DNA from: Dehalococcoidia bacterium
GTDB taxonomy: Bacteria > Chloroflexota > Dehalococcoidia > SM23-28-2 > RBG-16-64-32
Direction: 5' to 3'
Assembly: GCA_030649945.1 (NCBI GenBank)
Contig: JAUSFE010000104.1
Coordinates: 6,004 to 70,003, forward strand
Length of the DNA: 64,000 bases
The position numbers and the translations under genes were made by a program. The notes beneath the pieces were generated by a model. That model was not told where the DNA came from. It searched no databases and worked only from the letters and a program-made list of their open reading frames with translations. Below are positions 1 through 9,607 of this stretch, piece by piece (position 1 is the first letter of the stretch; every line of letters starts with the position of its first letter).

Positions 1-70
1 ACAGTGCGCGCTCCGGGACCCAGCACCCGGGTCGCACCCGGCGACGGCGGGGGAGCGCAGGCGCCACGAC

Positions 71-96
71 AGACCCTTCGTTCCTCAGGGTGACAG
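71..96. repeat. REP-like element (AGACCCTTCG..CTCAGGGTGACAG family)
   Basis: Its reverse complement CTGTCACCCTGAGGAACGAAGGGTCT resembles 15954..15979 CTGTCACCCTGACGGAGGAAGGATCT. Confidence 0.6.
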
Positions 97-116
97 GTTA
101 GCGATAACATAGTCCC

Positions 117-159
117 GTGAAGATAACCGTCGAGCTCCAGGCCCACCTCAAGCAGTACG
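117..159 (+). pseudogene. Duplicated 5' fragment of the MoaD/ThiS gene
   Basis: 43 nt match 296..338 with 3 mismatches (MKITVELQAHLKQY vs MKITVELQAYLEQY), then the sequence runs into a REP-like element. Confidence 0.75.
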
Positions 160-173
160 ACCTGAACGCCACT

Positions 174-249
174 TGTCATCCTGAGCGCCGAACACGCTTG
201 CTCGTGGCGATCACGCATCTTCGCGAAGGGATCTGGGGTGGGGCAGACC
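174..249. repeat. REP-like dispersed repeat TGTCATCCYGAGC...GCGA(A)GGGATCTGGGGTGGGGCAGACC
   Basis: Both ends are shared with 54162..54235; the middle varies. Confidence 0.7.
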
Positions 250-295
250 CTCGCTGCGCGGCCAGCGGGGACCCGCAGACCCGGACAAAGCAGCC

Positions 296-529
296 ATGAA
301 GATAACCGTCGAGCTCCAGGCCTACCTCGAGCAGTACGCGCCGGACGGCCGGGGCGTCTTCGACTGCGAACTGCCGGCTGGCGCGCGCGTCTGGGACCTT
401 GTGCGCAAGCTGGGCGTGCCGGACGAACTGGCCAACGTCGTCGTCGTGGGCAACACGGCGACGGACTTGGAGTACGAGCTGAGCGAGGGCGACCGCGTCA
501 CGCTGATCCCGCCGATCGCCGGCGGTTAA
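296..529 (+). CDS. MoaD/ThiS family sulfur-carrier protein
   Basis: 77 aa ubiquitin-like size, C-terminal IPPIAGG. Confidence 0.9.
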   Translation: MKITVELQAYLEQYAPDGRGVFDCELPAGARVWDLVRKLGVPDELANVVVVGNTATDLEYELSEGDRVTLIPPIAGG

Positions 530-655
530 GAGCACCCCCGGATCTTCAGCCCGTCGCCGACGCCCCAGGGCTGACTCTGCAGCTACAGCTTCAGTAACAA
601 TTGCCCGGCCGCTGCCGTCAAATTGTTGACAACGGTTTGCGCTTGCGCTAGCCTT

Positions 656-679
656 GCAAATGCGACCAGTTGCAGTTGC
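656..679. promoter_or_regulatory. Imperfect palindrome, candidate Fur-family operator
   Basis: GCAAATGCGACCAGTTGCAGTTGC (18/24 self-complementary) downstream of TTGACA (626) and upstream of the Fur-family gene. Confidence 0.4.
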
Positions 680-727
680 CATTGATAGCTCCGGCACTGC
701 GAAATTGCCAAACAAACTGGACCTACC

Positions 728-1174
728 ATGAGCTGTGAGACAGAGACCGCCATCGCCCTCAGGGACGCCGGGCAGAAGGTGACGCCCCAGCGCATGCTCA
801 TCCTCTGCACGGTGCGTCATGCGCGCGAGCACGTCACCGCCCCCGGGCTCATCGAGGAGGTGCGCCGCGCGTATCCCTTCCTCGATCCCTCCACCGTCTA
901 CCGCACCCTTTCGTCGGCGGCGGCCCTGGGGCTCGTCAGCGAGACGGACATGGGCGCCGGGGACACGGAGTACGAGTGGATCGGCAAGGACCGCCACCAT
1001 CACCTGATCTGCCGCTCCTGCGGTGACGTCACCTCGCTCGATAACAGCTACCTGGATAGCCTGGCCACCGCCCTCTACGACGAGCTTGGCTTCCGGGCGG
1101 ACCTCGGCCATTTCGCCATCTTCGGCGTCTGCGCGCCGTGCCGGGCCCGGTCCGGGGCAGCAGCAGGCGACTGA
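728..1174 (+). CDS. Fur family metal-responsive repressor (Zur/Nur-like)
   Basis: TPQR, STVYRTL, HHHLICRSCG and C-terminal CxxC. Confidence 0.93.
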   Translation: MSCETETAIALRDAGQKVTPQRMLILCTVRHAREHVTAPGLIEEVRRAYPFLDPSTVYRTLSSAAALGLVSETDMGAGDTEYEWIGKDRHHHLICRSCGDVTSLDNSYLDSLATALYDELGFRADLGHFAIFGVCAPCRARSGAAAGD

Positions 1175-1183
1175 GCCGAAGCG

Positions 1184-2254
1184 ATGTTCGAGCTGCTCTC
1201 CGCCTCCACCCCGTTCGGTTTCTCCCCGCCGGCCCTCTCGATCGCCGGCTCCGCTGGCGTAATAGGCGCGGCCATCGCGCTCGGCATCCGCCACGGCATC
1301 GACTGGGACCACATCGCCGCCATCACGGACATCACCAGCACGACCGCTGCGGTGGATACCGGGGAGAAGTGGCTGGTCAGCGAGCCCGGCGTGATGCTCA
1401 CGGACGAGTCCCATCACAAGCTCGCAGGCGCGGCGGCGTCCGCGGGCACGGCCTCCGCGCAAGTCGCCGTGGAGGAGGGAGAGCCGTCTCACACGCACCG
1501 GCACCTGTCCGTCCTCCACCACCCCCACAACGGGCCGGCGACCGCGCGCAACGGTCACCTCGGCGCGACCATCGATACGTTCGTGCGCAAACAACGGCCG
1601 GCCCTGCTGCTGGGGACCATGTACGCCCTGGGCCACGGCAGCGTCGTCTTCGCGCTGGGGCTGCTTGCCCTCCTGGCGCGCGAGTTCCTGCCCGACTGGA
1701 TCGACCCCGTGATGGAGCGTGTCGTGGGCGTGACGCTGCTGTTCCTGGCGGCGTACCTCTTCTATTCTATCTACCGCTTTTTCCGCGGCGGCGACGAGTT
1801 CCAGATGAGAAGCCGCTGGATGCTCGTCTTCGCGGCTGTCCGTAACGGCTTTGAGCTGATCCGGTCCCGCCTGCTGGGGCGGCCACACCATCACGTCCAC
1901 GAGGCGCAGCGATACGGCGTGCGCACGGCCTACGGCATCGGCATGATCCATGGCGTCGGCGCGGAGACCGGGACGCAGGTGCTGGTGATCACGACCGCGG
2001 TGGGCGCCGGCAGCCAGCTGATGGGCGTCGTCGCCCTCGCCGGCTTCCTCGTCGGCCTGATCATCTCGAACTCTGTCGTCACCGTGATCAGCGCCGCGGG
2101 CTTCGTCTCCTCGCGTCAGCGGCAGTGGATCTACGTAGCGGCGGGCATCTTCGCGGCAGTCTTCAGCCTGGTCGTGGGGACGTTCTTCCTCCTCCGGGCG
2201 TCAGACATCCTGCCGGACCTGGACCGCTTCTTCGGCTGGCTGGGCCCGCGCTAG
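1184..2254 (+). CDS. NiCoT (HoxN/HupN/NixA)-like Ni/Co transporter
   Basis: GIRHGIDWDHIAAI signature-like motif, ALGHGSVV, His-rich loops, multiple TM segments. Confidence 0.8.
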   Translation: MFELLSASTPFGFSPPALSIAGSAGVIGAAIALGIRHGIDWDHIAAITDITSTTAAVDTGEKWLVSEPGVMLTDESHHKLAGAAASAGTASAQVAVEEGEPSHTHRHLSVLHHPHNGPATARNGHLGATIDTFVRKQRPALLLGTMYALGHGSVVFALGLLALLAREFLPDWIDPVMERVVGVTLLFLAAYLFYSIYRFFRGGDEFQMRSRWMLVFAAVRNGFELIRSRLLGRPHHHVHEAQRYGVRTAYGIGMIHGVGAETGTQVLVITTAVGAGSQLMGVVALAGFLVGLIISNSVVTVISAAGFVSSRQRQWIYVAAGIFAAVFSLVVGTFFLLRASDILPDLDRFFGWLGPR

Positions 2255-2290
2255 AGGCGGGGGCCAGCCGCCGGCCCGGCATCCAGACTA

Positions 2291-2905
2291 ATGCCGCTTT
2301 CCGTCCTCCTGCACTTCGGTGGCGCCGGCACCTATACCGCCGCCTTCATGGTTTCAGTCGCCTTCGTGCTCGTTTTCGTGTTCAGTTTTGCTGTAGGCAG
2401 GCTGCCCGAGGGCGTTACGCGTTGGAGCGGGGCCTGGGCGGCGGCCTGGCTGCGCGCCTCTCTGCCCCGCCTCACGGTGGCCGGCGTCTTCGCCGGCGGC
2501 CTCTTCCTGGCCTCGAGCCTCTCGGGCGGCGGCGACGGCGGCACAGCCGGGAACGCGGCCCTCTGCAATCGCCCGCTCCCGCCCGTCACCTCGCAGCCGG
2601 TAACTGAGCAGCGCCTGCAGGCGGCGATCGCAGACATGCGGCGCGTGGGAGAGGCGGCGCGCAGGGGAGACAGCGACCAGGCGCGAGTGGTTTTCTACGA
2701 GGGCGGCTCACACAACCTGACCCACGACATCGACAGGCCCCTGAGAACAGCCGCTGCGGGGCTCGCCCGGGACCTCTGCCTCAGCATGGTGGAGCTGGAG
2801 CGCCAGTTCACGGGCAAGCTGGACGCCGGGATCATCGCCCGTGAGGCCAACGCCTCGGCCGGCGTCCTGGAGAAGGCGGGCGGGGTGCTGGCGCTGGCAC
2901 CGTGA
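2291..2905 (+). CDS. Hypothetical membrane protein
   Basis: Two N-terminal TM segments followed by a helical domain with two Cys and HNLTH. Confidence 0.65.
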   Translation: MPLSVLLHFGGAGTYTAAFMVSVAFVLVFVFSFAVGRLPEGVTRWSGAWAAAWLRASLPRLTVAGVFAGGLFLASSLSGGGDGGTAGNAALCNRPLPPVTSQPVTEQRLQAAIADMRRVGEAARRGDSDQARVVFYEGGSHNLTHDIDRPLRTAAAGLARDLCLSMVELERQFTGKLDAGIIAREANASAGVLEKAGGVLALAP

Positions 2906-2914
2906 GCGCCTGCG

Positions 2915-3226
2915 CTACGCCGGCGCCACCTTGATATCGTTGCCCTCCACCTGCACGGGATACGTCTTTATGGGTTCGCTGGGCGGAGGGCTCACAACAT
3001 CTCCCGTCCGCACGTTGAACTGGCCGCCGTGGAACGGGCACTCCACAACGTCATCCACGAGCAGACCTTCGCCCAGGGGGCCGGCCCGGTGCGTGCAGGT
3101 GTTGCTGAAGGCGACGAACTCCCCGTTGACGTTCGCGATCGCCACCTCCTCGCCGCCCACCTCCACAATCTTCATCTCGCCCGGCGGCACCTCGTCCACA
3201 GTAGCCACCTTCACGTAGTCGGCCAT
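2915..3226 (-). CDS. Rieske [2Fe-2S] ferredoxin
   Basis: CTH...CPFH Rieske ligands; AGGAG RBS before ATG 3226. Confidence 0.92.
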   Translation of the reverse strand: MADYVKVATVDEVPPGEMKIVEVGGEEVAIANVNGEFVAFSNTCTHRAGPLGEGLLVDDVVECPFHGGQFNVRTGDVVSPPPSEPIKTYPVQVEGNDIKVAPA

Positions 3227-3341
3227 GCCAGCTCCTCCTGCATAAGCGAAGTATTCGGTGTCGCAATCATAACAGGCCACCGGCTCTATTGCAGCGCCCT
3301 TTGCGGCCGTGTTACCATGCGCTGGACAGTGCTGCTGTCTT

Positions 3342-3467
3342 GACCTTTAAGGCGGTCCCGTGAGGCTGCCAAGGAGCGATAGTGCTGACGCAGACCTGCG
3401 TCCCCGCTAAGAACACATACAGGCCGGCCGGCGGTCCCTCCCCCTGTTGCGGGAGGGCCTTTTGTTG
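3342..3467 (+). promoter_or_regulatory. PyrR-binding attenuator leader
   Basis: CCTTTAAGGCGGTCCCGTGAGGCTGCCAAGG matches the PyrR binding-loop consensus; a hairpin plus T-tract at about 3432..3467 precedes pyrR. Confidence 0.85.
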
Positions 3468-3482
3468 CGGGGGCCGCGCCTC

Positions 3483-4028
3483 TTGAACGGCCACGTAGTC
3501 CTCTCCGCAGACGATATCCGCCGCGCCATCCGCCGCATCGCCCACGAGATCGTGGAGCGGAACCGCGGCCTGGAAGGCCTGGTGCTGGTGGGCATGCGCA
3601 CGCGCGGCGTCCCGCTGGCCCAGCGGCTGGCCGCCGCCATCCAGGAGTTCGAGGGGGCAGCCGTGCCCGTCGGGACGCTGGACATCGGCCTCTACCGCGA
3701 TGACATCGCCTCCCTGGAACTGCGGCCGCACATCCAGCCCACGGAGCTGCCGGGCGATATTGACGGCAAGCGCGTGGTACTGGTGGACGACGTGCTCTAC
3801 ACGGGCCGCAGCATCCGCGCCGCCCTGGACGCCCTCACGGACTTCGGCCGCCCGGCCAGCATCCAGCTGGCGGTCCTCGTGGACCGCGGCCACCGGGAGC
3901 TGCCCATCCGACCGGACTACGTGGGCAAGAACATCCCCACTTCCCTGCACGAAGAGGTGGAGGTCTGCCTGGAGGAGGCCGACGGCCGGGATGAAGTGCG
4001 CCTTGTGCGCGGAGAGGGCGAAAGATGA
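3483..4028 (+). CDS. pyrR: Pyrimidine operon regulator / uracil phosphoribosyltransferase
   Basis: [41 protein letters not shown] start inferred. Confidence 0.96.
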   Translation: MNGHVVLSADDIRRAIRRIAHEIVERNRGLEGLVLVGMRTRGVPLAQRLAAAIQEFEGAAVPVGTLDIGLYRDDIASLELRPHIQPTELPGDIDGKRVVLVDDVLYTGRSIRAALDALTDFGRPASIQLAVLVDRGHRELPIRPDYVGKNIPTSLHEEVEVCLEEADGRDEVRLVRGEGER

Positions 4029-5059
4029 GCCGGGAACGCTTGTCCCCGGAACCCGCCTCAGGCGGGCCGGTCGCCCCTGCTATCGAGACGAAACCCCGCG
4101 CCGGCTGGACGCGCAGCCACCTGCTGGACCTTGACGACTTCACTCCCGGGGAGATGGAAACCGTCATGGAGACGGCGGGTGCCATGAAGGAGGTGCTGGG
4201 CCGCGAGGTACCGCGCGTGCCGGCGCTGCGCGGCAAGACGATCATCACCCTGTTCTACGAGGCCAGCACCCGCACCCGCGCGTCCTTCGAGCTGGCCGGC
4301 AAGGCGCTGGGCGCCGACGTCATCAACGTCGCGGCCGGCGGTTCCAGCGTCGAGAAAGGCGAGTCGCTTATCGATACCGTGCGCACGCTGCAGGCGGTGG
4401 GCGCGGACGTGCTCATCATGCGCCACCCGTCGTCGGGGGCGCCGTACCTGGTCACGCGGCACGTGGAGTGCAGCGTGATCAACGCCGGCGACGGCTGGCA
4501 CGCGCACCCCACGCAGGCGCTGCTGGACGTTTACACCATGCGCGCCCACCTGGGCGAGCTGCGCGGACGGCGCGTGGTCATCGTCGGCGATATTGCGCAC
4601 AGCCGTGTCGCCCGCTCCAACATCTGGGGCCTGGCCGCGGCCGGCGCGGAGGTTGTGCTCTGCGCCCCGCCCACGCTGCTCCCGGCCGGGATGCGCCCGG
4701 GCGAACCCGGGCCGGAGGAGCCGCTCGCCCTGCCACGCGTGGAGGTGGAGACCAACATCGAGCGCGCCATCGCCGGAGCGGACGTCGTCATGGCGCTGCG
4801 CCTGCAGAAGGAGCGCATGCAGTCCGGACTGCTGCCCTCGATACGTGAATACGCCACGCTCTACCAGGTGACGGAGCAGCGGCTGGCGCTCGCCCGGCCC
4901 GGTGCGCTCGTCATGCACCCGGGGCCGATGAACGAGGGCGTGGAGATCTCGCCCGCCGTGGCCCGCAGTCTGCAGTCCGTGGTGGACGAGCAGGTGGCCA
5001 ACGGCGTCGCCGTGCGCATGGCGGTGCTTTATCTGATGGCGCGGGGGAAGCTGTCGTGA
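4025..5059 (+). CDS. pyrB: Aspartate carbamoyltransferase catalytic subunit
   Basis: [26 protein letters not shown]. Confidence 0.97.
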   Translation: MSRERLSPEPASGGPVAPAIETKPRAGWTRSHLLDLDDFTPGEMETVMETAGAMKEVLGREVPRVPALRGKTIITLFYEASTRTRASFELAGKALGADVINVAAGGSSVEKGESLIDTVRTLQAVGADVLIMRHPSSGAPYLVTRHVECSVINAGDGWHAHPTQALLDVYTMRAHLGELRGRRVVIVGDIAHSRVARSNIWGLAAAGAEVVLCAPPTLLPAGMRPGEPGPEEPLALPRVEVETNIERAIAGADVVMALRLQKERMQSGLLPSIREYATLYQVTEQRLALARPGALVMHPGPMNEGVEISPAVARSLQSVVDEQVANGVAVRMAVLYLMARGKLS

Positions 5060-5088
5060 CGGGGCGGCTGCCGGCAATGCGCAACGCC

Positions 5089-5116
5089 GTAGGGGTCGTT
5101 CGCGAACGATCCCTAC
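5089..5116. repeat. GTAG-type REP palindrome (intergenic)
   Basis: GTAGGGGTCGTTCGCGAACGATCCCTAC, near-identical to 6204..6231. Confidence 0.8.
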
Positions 5117-5153
5117 AACCGCTTGCCTTCCCACGATGTCCAGGAGGTCGCGG

Positions 5154-6482
5154 ATGACCAGCCTAGCCATTCGCGGCGGGCGGGTGATCGACCCGGCGAA
5201 CGGCGTTGACGCCGTCGCCGACGTGGTCATTGCCGACGGGCGCGTCGCGGCCGTCGGGCCGGACGCCGGCAAGGACGCCGCCGAGACGATCGACGCCCGC
5301 GGGCTCGTCGTCTGCCCGGGGTTCGTCGATATCCACGCGCACCTGCGAGAGCCAGGCTTCGAGCACAAGGAGACGATTGCGACAGGCACGCTGGCGGCGG
5401 CGCGCGGCGGCTTCACCACCGTCTGCGCCATGCCCAACACCGAGCCGCCAATCGACAACGCGGGCGCGGTCGAGTTCGTCCTGCGCACCACGCAGGCCCA
5501 GGGCGCCGTCCGCGTCCTGCCTATCGCCTGCGTCACGAAGGGCCGCGCCGGGCGGGAATTGGCCGAGCTGGCGGAGCTGGCGCAGGCGGGCGCGATCGCG
5601 TTCAGCGACGACGGTGCGCCTGTGGCCGACGCCCACCTGATGCGGCGGGCGCTGGAGTACGCCGGCATGCTCGGCGTGCCCGTCATCGACCACTGCGAAG
5701 ACCCCTCGCTGGCCGCGGGCGGCGTCATGCACGAAGGCTGGGTGTCCACCCGCCTGGGCCTGCGCGGCGTCCCCGCCTCGGCCGAAGAGGCGATGGTGGC
5801 GCGGGACATCGCTCTGGCCGAGCAGACGGGGTCGCACGTCCACATCGCGCACGTCAGCACGGCGGGCGCTGTGGACCTCATCCGCAATGCCAAGGCGCGT
5901 CGCGTCCGCGTCACGGCCGAGGTGACGCCGCATCACCTGGCGCTGACGCACGAAGCCGTTCTCACCGGCCCCGGAGAGACGCCGGGCGGACTGGCCTACG
6001 ACACCAACGCCAAGGTCAACCCGCCCCTGCGCACGCCGGCCGATACGGATGCCTGCCTCGCCGGGCTGCTGGACGGCACGATCGACTGCATCGCCACGGA
6101 CCACGCGCCGCACGCCGTCCAGGACAAGCTGTGCGAGTTCGACGCCGCGGCCTTCGGCATCAGCGGCCTGGAGACGGCGCTGGGGCTCCTGCTGACAACC
6201 CGCGTAGGGGCGGTTCGCGAACCGCCCCTACAGCGTCTGATCGAGGCGCTCACCATCGCCCCCGCACGGACGCTCGGCCTCGACGCCCGCATCGCGGGGC
6301 TGGGCACGCTGTCGCCGGGCGCACAGGGGGACGTCACGATCATCGACCCCGAGGCGGAGTGGGTTGTCGAGCCGGAGACGTTCGCCAGCAAGGGCAAGAA
6401 CACGCCGCTGGCGGGACGCAGGCTGACGGGGCGCGTGGTGGCGACGGTGTACGGGGGACGGGTGGTGTTCGATGACCGCTAA
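5154..6482 (+). CDS. pyrC: Dihydroorotase
   Basis: DIHAHLREPG, KVNPPLR, ATDHAPH. Confidence 0.96.
   Translation: MTSLAIRGGRVIDPANGVDAVADVVIADGRVAAVGPDAGKDAAETIDARGLVVCPGFVDIHAHLREPGFEHKETIATGTLAAARGGFTTVCAMPNTEPPIDNAGAVEFVLRTTQAQGAVRVLPIACVTKGRAGRELAELAELAQAGAIAFSDDGAPVADAHLMRRALEYAGMLGVPVIDHCEDPSLAAGGVMHEGWVSTRLGLRGVPASAEEAMVARDIALAEQTGSHVHIAHVSTAGAVDLIRNAKARRVRVTAEVTPHHLALTHEAVLTGPGETPGGLAYDTNAKVNPPLRTPADTDACLAGLLDGTIDCIATDHAPHAVQDKLCEFDAAAFGISGLETALGLLLTTRVGAVREPPLQRLIEALTIAPARTLGLDARIAGLGTLSPGAQGDVTIIDPEAEWVVEPETFASKGKNTPLAGRRLTGRVVATVYGGRVVFDDR
6204..6231. repeat. GTAG-type REP palindrome inside pyrC
   Basis: Perfect 28-bp palindrome GTAGGGGCGGTTCGCGAACCGCCCCTAC, read in frame as VGAVREPPL. 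Confidence 0.85.
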
Positions 6483-7605
6483 AGCCCTCCTCGTCCTCCA
6501 GGACGGCACCGTCTTCAGCGGCAAGCCCCTCGGCGCGCCCGCCCATTCCCACGGCGAGGTGGTGTTCTCCACGGCCATGACCGGCTATCAGGAGATGCTT
6601 ACGGATCCCTCGTTCGCGGGGCAAGTGCTGGTGCTCACCTACCCGCTGGCCGGCAACTACGGCATCAACCCGGAGGCCGTGGAGTCGAAGCGCATCCAGG
6701 TGCGCGGCCTCGTCGTGCACGAGGCCTGCGAGCGGCCCTCGCACTGGCAGTCGGAGATGACCCTGCACGACTACCTGGCGTCGCAGGACATCCCCGGCAT
6801 CGCCGGCGTGGACACGCGCGCCCTCACCCGCCGCCTGCGCCGCGAGGGGGTGACCATGGGCGCCATCACGTCCGACGAGACGGCGGGAGAGGCGCTGGCC
6901 CGTCTGCGCTCGCTGCCCGGGTACGGCGAGACGGACTTCGTGCGCGAGGTGAGCACGGACAAGCCCTACGAGTGGCAGCCTTATCCCCCGCTGGGTGTCA
7001 GGCTTCAGCCTGACACCCAGCGGCGCCACGCTGCGTCCGCCCTCCGGCGGATCGTCGTCATCGACAGCGGCGTCAAGTACAACATCATGCGCCTGCTGGC
7101 GGCGCGCGGCTGCCGGGTGACGGCGCTGCCATCGCACGCCTCCGCGGACGACGTGCTGTCGCACAAGCCGGACGGCGTCGTGTTCTCCCCCGGCCCGGGC
7201 GACCCCGCCTTCCTGGACTACCAGGTGGCGACGGTCAAGCAACTAATCGGGCGCGCGCCGGTGCTGGGCATCTGCCTGGGCCACCAGGTGCTGGGCCGGG
7301 CGTTCGGGGCGCGCACCTTCAAGCTGAAGTTCGGACACCGGGGCGCTAACCATCCGGTGCGCGACCTGGAGACGGGCCGCGTGCACATCACGGCCCAGAA
7401 CCACGGCTACGCGGTGGATCCCGACGGTCTCTCGGCGGACATCGAGGTCTCGCAGGTGCACCTGAACGACGGCACCTGCGAGGGGCTGCGGCACCGCACG
7501 GAGCCCGTCATCTCGATCCAGTACCACTCAGAGGCCTCGCCGGGGCCGCTGGACAACGTCTACGTCTTCGACCGCTTCGTGCAGATGATGGATGGCGATA
7601 GGTGA
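6472..7605 (+). CDS. carA: Carbamoyl-phosphate synthase small subunit
   Basis: GEVVFSTAMTGYQE, GICLGHQ, QNHGY, QYHSE. Confidence 0.97.
   Translation: MTAKALLVLQDGTVFSGKPLGAPAHSHGEVVFSTAMTGYQEMLTDPSFAGQVLVLTYPLAGNYGINPEAVESKRIQVRGLVVHEACERPSHWQSEMTLHDYLASQDIPGIAGVDTRALTRRLRREGVTMGAITSDETAGEALARLRSLPGYGETDFVREVSTDKPYEWQPYPPLGVRLQPDTQRRHAASALRRIVVIDSGVKYNIMRLLAARGCRVTALPSHASADDVLSHKPDGVVFSPGPGDPAFLDYQVATVKQLIGRAPVLGICLGHQVLGRAFGARTFKLKFGHRGANHPVRDLETGRVHITAQNHGYAVDPDGLSADIEVSQVHLNDGTCEGLRHRTEPVISIQYHSEASPGPLDNVYVFDRFVQMMDGDR
6988..7023. repeat. Palindrome inside carA
   Basis: Perfect 17-bp arms CCGCTGGGTGTCAGGCT-TC-AGCCTGACACCCAGCGG in the inter-domain linker. Confidence 0.8.
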
Positions 7606-7607
7606 TG

Positions 7608-7633
7608 TACAATAAGCGCATCAATATGTGATG
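7608..7633 (+). promoter_or_regulatory. Candidate vapBC promoter/operator
   Basis: TACAAT -10 box followed by inverted repeat CATCA-N5-TGATG. Confidence 0.4.
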
Positions 7634-7643
7634 AGGTGAACTG

Positions 7644-7901
7644 ATGCGCACGACGCTGAATATCGATCCGAAACTCCTCGAAAAGGTGGTTGCGATTACG
7701 GGCGAGAGGAACAAAGGGAAGGCCGTAGATCGCGCCATGGATGAGTTCCTCCGCCGGAAGGCAGTCGAAAAACTGCTGGCCGCACGCGGCAAGTTCCGCC
7801 TGCATGTCAAACACGAAGAATGGGAAGAAGCTGATCTCAAGGTCGAACTTGAGCACAAGAGGAGCAGAAGGTGGTCATCGCCGACGCGGATGTCTGGATA
7901 G
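7644..7901 (+). CDS. vapB: VapB-family antitoxin
   Basis: MRTTLNID RHH-type N-terminus, overlaps a PIN toxin gene. Confidence 0.88.
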   Translation: MRTTLNIDPKLLEKVVAITGERNKGKAVDRAMDEFLRRKAVEKLLAARGKFRLHVKHEEWEEADLKVELEHKRSRRWSSPTRMSG

Positions 7902-8269
7902 ACTACTTCGAACGTTCGTCATCACGGACCGGCCAAGCGCTCGATCGGTTGATCCGAAGCGGGCGCACGGCTGTTGCAGAACCGGTCCTGGCCGAACTCG
8001 TGCGAGGCACGCAGGGTGACGACGAGCTTCAGGAACTCAAGGAGATGCTAAGTGGGGTCCCGTACGTCGAGATGAGCCGTGAGACCTGGGTGCGGGCCGG
8101 CCGGATCGCACACGACCTCGACAGGAGGGGAACGCGAATACCGGTCGTGGACATCTTCATCGCCTCGCTGGCAATCGAAGAGGGGCACGAAGTCTTCACC
8201 CGCGACCGCCACTTCGAGCGCATTCCTGGGTTGCGTCTGTACAAGCCGAAGGGGGCTTCCGATGCCTGA
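7871..8269 (+). CDS. vapC: PIN-domain toxin
   Basis: ADADVWID, AEL, VDIFIA, TRDRHF acidic PIN motifs. Confidence 0.92.
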   Translation: MVIADADVWIDYFERSSSRTGQALDRLIRSGRTAVAEPVLAELVRGTQGDDELQELKEMLSGVPYVEMSRETWVRAGRIAHDLDRRGTRIPVVDIFIASLAIEEGHEVFTRDRHFERIPGLRLYKPKGASDA

Positions 8270-8738
8270 CCCCACGTACCGCCAGGCCACGATGGACGAC
8301 GCCGCCGCCATCGCCGCGATCGGCGCGCTGGTGTGGGACGAGTTCGGCGAGCGCAGCGGGCTGCCCGGCCGCATGACGGACGACGGCGTGCGCGGCCGTC
8401 TCTCCGAGTGGGGCGCCAAGGGTGCGATGTTCGTCTGCGACGCGGGCGGCGGCCTCTGCGGCTTCGCGGCCGTGCAGCCGGACCCTTCGGCAGGCTCAGG
8501 GCAGGCTCCACACCCGCGGGAGGCGGTGATGGGCGTCTGGGTGGCGCCGTCCGCGCGCGGCAAGGGCGTGGGCACGGACCTGGCGCTGATGGCCACGGAC
8601 TTCGCGCGCGCGGCGGGCTACCAGAAGCTGCGCGGCACCATCCCCGAAGGCAACGAGAGCGCGCTCTCGTTCTTCGGCGAGATCGGCAGCCTCGCGCAGA
8701 TGGTGGGCCAAGGCATGGAGTACGAGCTGCCGCTGTGA
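8262..8738 (+). CDS. GNAT family N-acetyltransferase
   Basis: VAPSARGKGVG acetyl-CoA motif; carries a REP-like insert at 8482..8509. Confidence 0.85.
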   Translation: MPDPTYRQATMDDAAAIAAIGALVWDEFGERSGLPGRMTDDGVRGRLSEWGAKGAMFVCDAGGGLCGFAAVQPDPSAGSGQAPHPREAVMGVWVAPSARGKGVGTDLALMATDFARAAGYQKLRGTIPEGNESALSFFGEIGSLAQMVGQGMEYELPL

Positions 8739-8750
8739 GGAGATAACGTA

Positions 8751-9548
8751 ATGAGCGACGAAGCCGCCGATGCCGCGACGGTCATCCAACTGTTGAGAGA
8801 AAAACTCAAAGAATTCGACGAGAATCCCGATGTCAAGCAGTTCTCAGGAGGCACCTTCCGCGCTTTCGCGACATCGGTTGATAGTATCCTTGCGCGAGGC
8901 TTGGGCTCAGGAGGAATGAGACTTAGAACCGCGTGGCACATAGCTGCGAGCAACCTTCCTTGGCCCAACACGATGATAACACTGGGAGCGCAAGTCACTT
9001 ACTTAGAGGCCATGTTCGAGGCAAGACTTCCGGAAGTGAGGGGCACGCTGGAGGCAATCATCAGCGAGCTTGAAACATTCGGTGCCCCAGACATGCATCA
9101 GGAGACGCAGCCATCACCGCCCATTCGCCCAAGAGTTTTTATCGCACACGGAGGCGAATCGGAGGCTCTCAACAAGCTGTGCAACTTTCTCGACGAACTT
9201 GGCCTGAAGTCGTTGGTCGTCGAGCGCCTGCCCAGCGAAGGTCGGTCGGTGAACGGAAATGTAGAGCACTACCTGGACATGGCTGACTGTGCCGTTGTCC
9301 TCGCAACTGGGGACGACGTCGTCGACGGCAAGCTTCAGCCACGCGCTAACGTCCACATCGAGATCGGGCGGTTCCAGGAGCGATTCCCGCATCGGATCAT
9401 CTACCTTCTGGAGGAAGGAGCCGCCTTTCCCTCGAACGTCAGCGAGAAGGTTTGGGAGCGTTTCAGTGACAGCAACATGGAGAAGGCAATCGTCAAAGTG
9501 GTTCGTGAGGTTAGGGCGTTTGGCCTTCTTGGCGGGTCGACATTATAA
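8751..9548 (+). CDS. Protein with C-terminal TIR-like domain (CAP12/Pycsar-type nucleotide-binding TIR)
   Basis: RVFIAHG, AVVLATGDD, PRANVHIEIG, FPSNV; codon usage is less GC-rich than flanks. Confidence 0.8.
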   Translation: MSDEAADAATVIQLLREKLKEFDENPDVKQFSGGTFRAFATSVDSILARGLGSGGMRLRTAWHIAASNLPWPNTMITLGAQVTYLEAMFEARLPEVRGTLEAIISELETFGAPDMHQETQPSPPIRPRVFIAHGGESEALNKLCNFLDELGLKSLVVERLPSEGRSVNGNVEHYLDMADCAVVLATGDDVVDGKLQPRANVHIEIGRFQERFPHRIIYLLEEGAAFPSNVSEKVWERFSDSNMEKAIVKVVREVRAFGLLGGSTL

Positions 9549-9607
9549 GCGTGAAGCCCGCCAGCGCTCTCACCGCCGGGCCCATCGCTCTGCGCCCGGC
9601 GGTTCCA

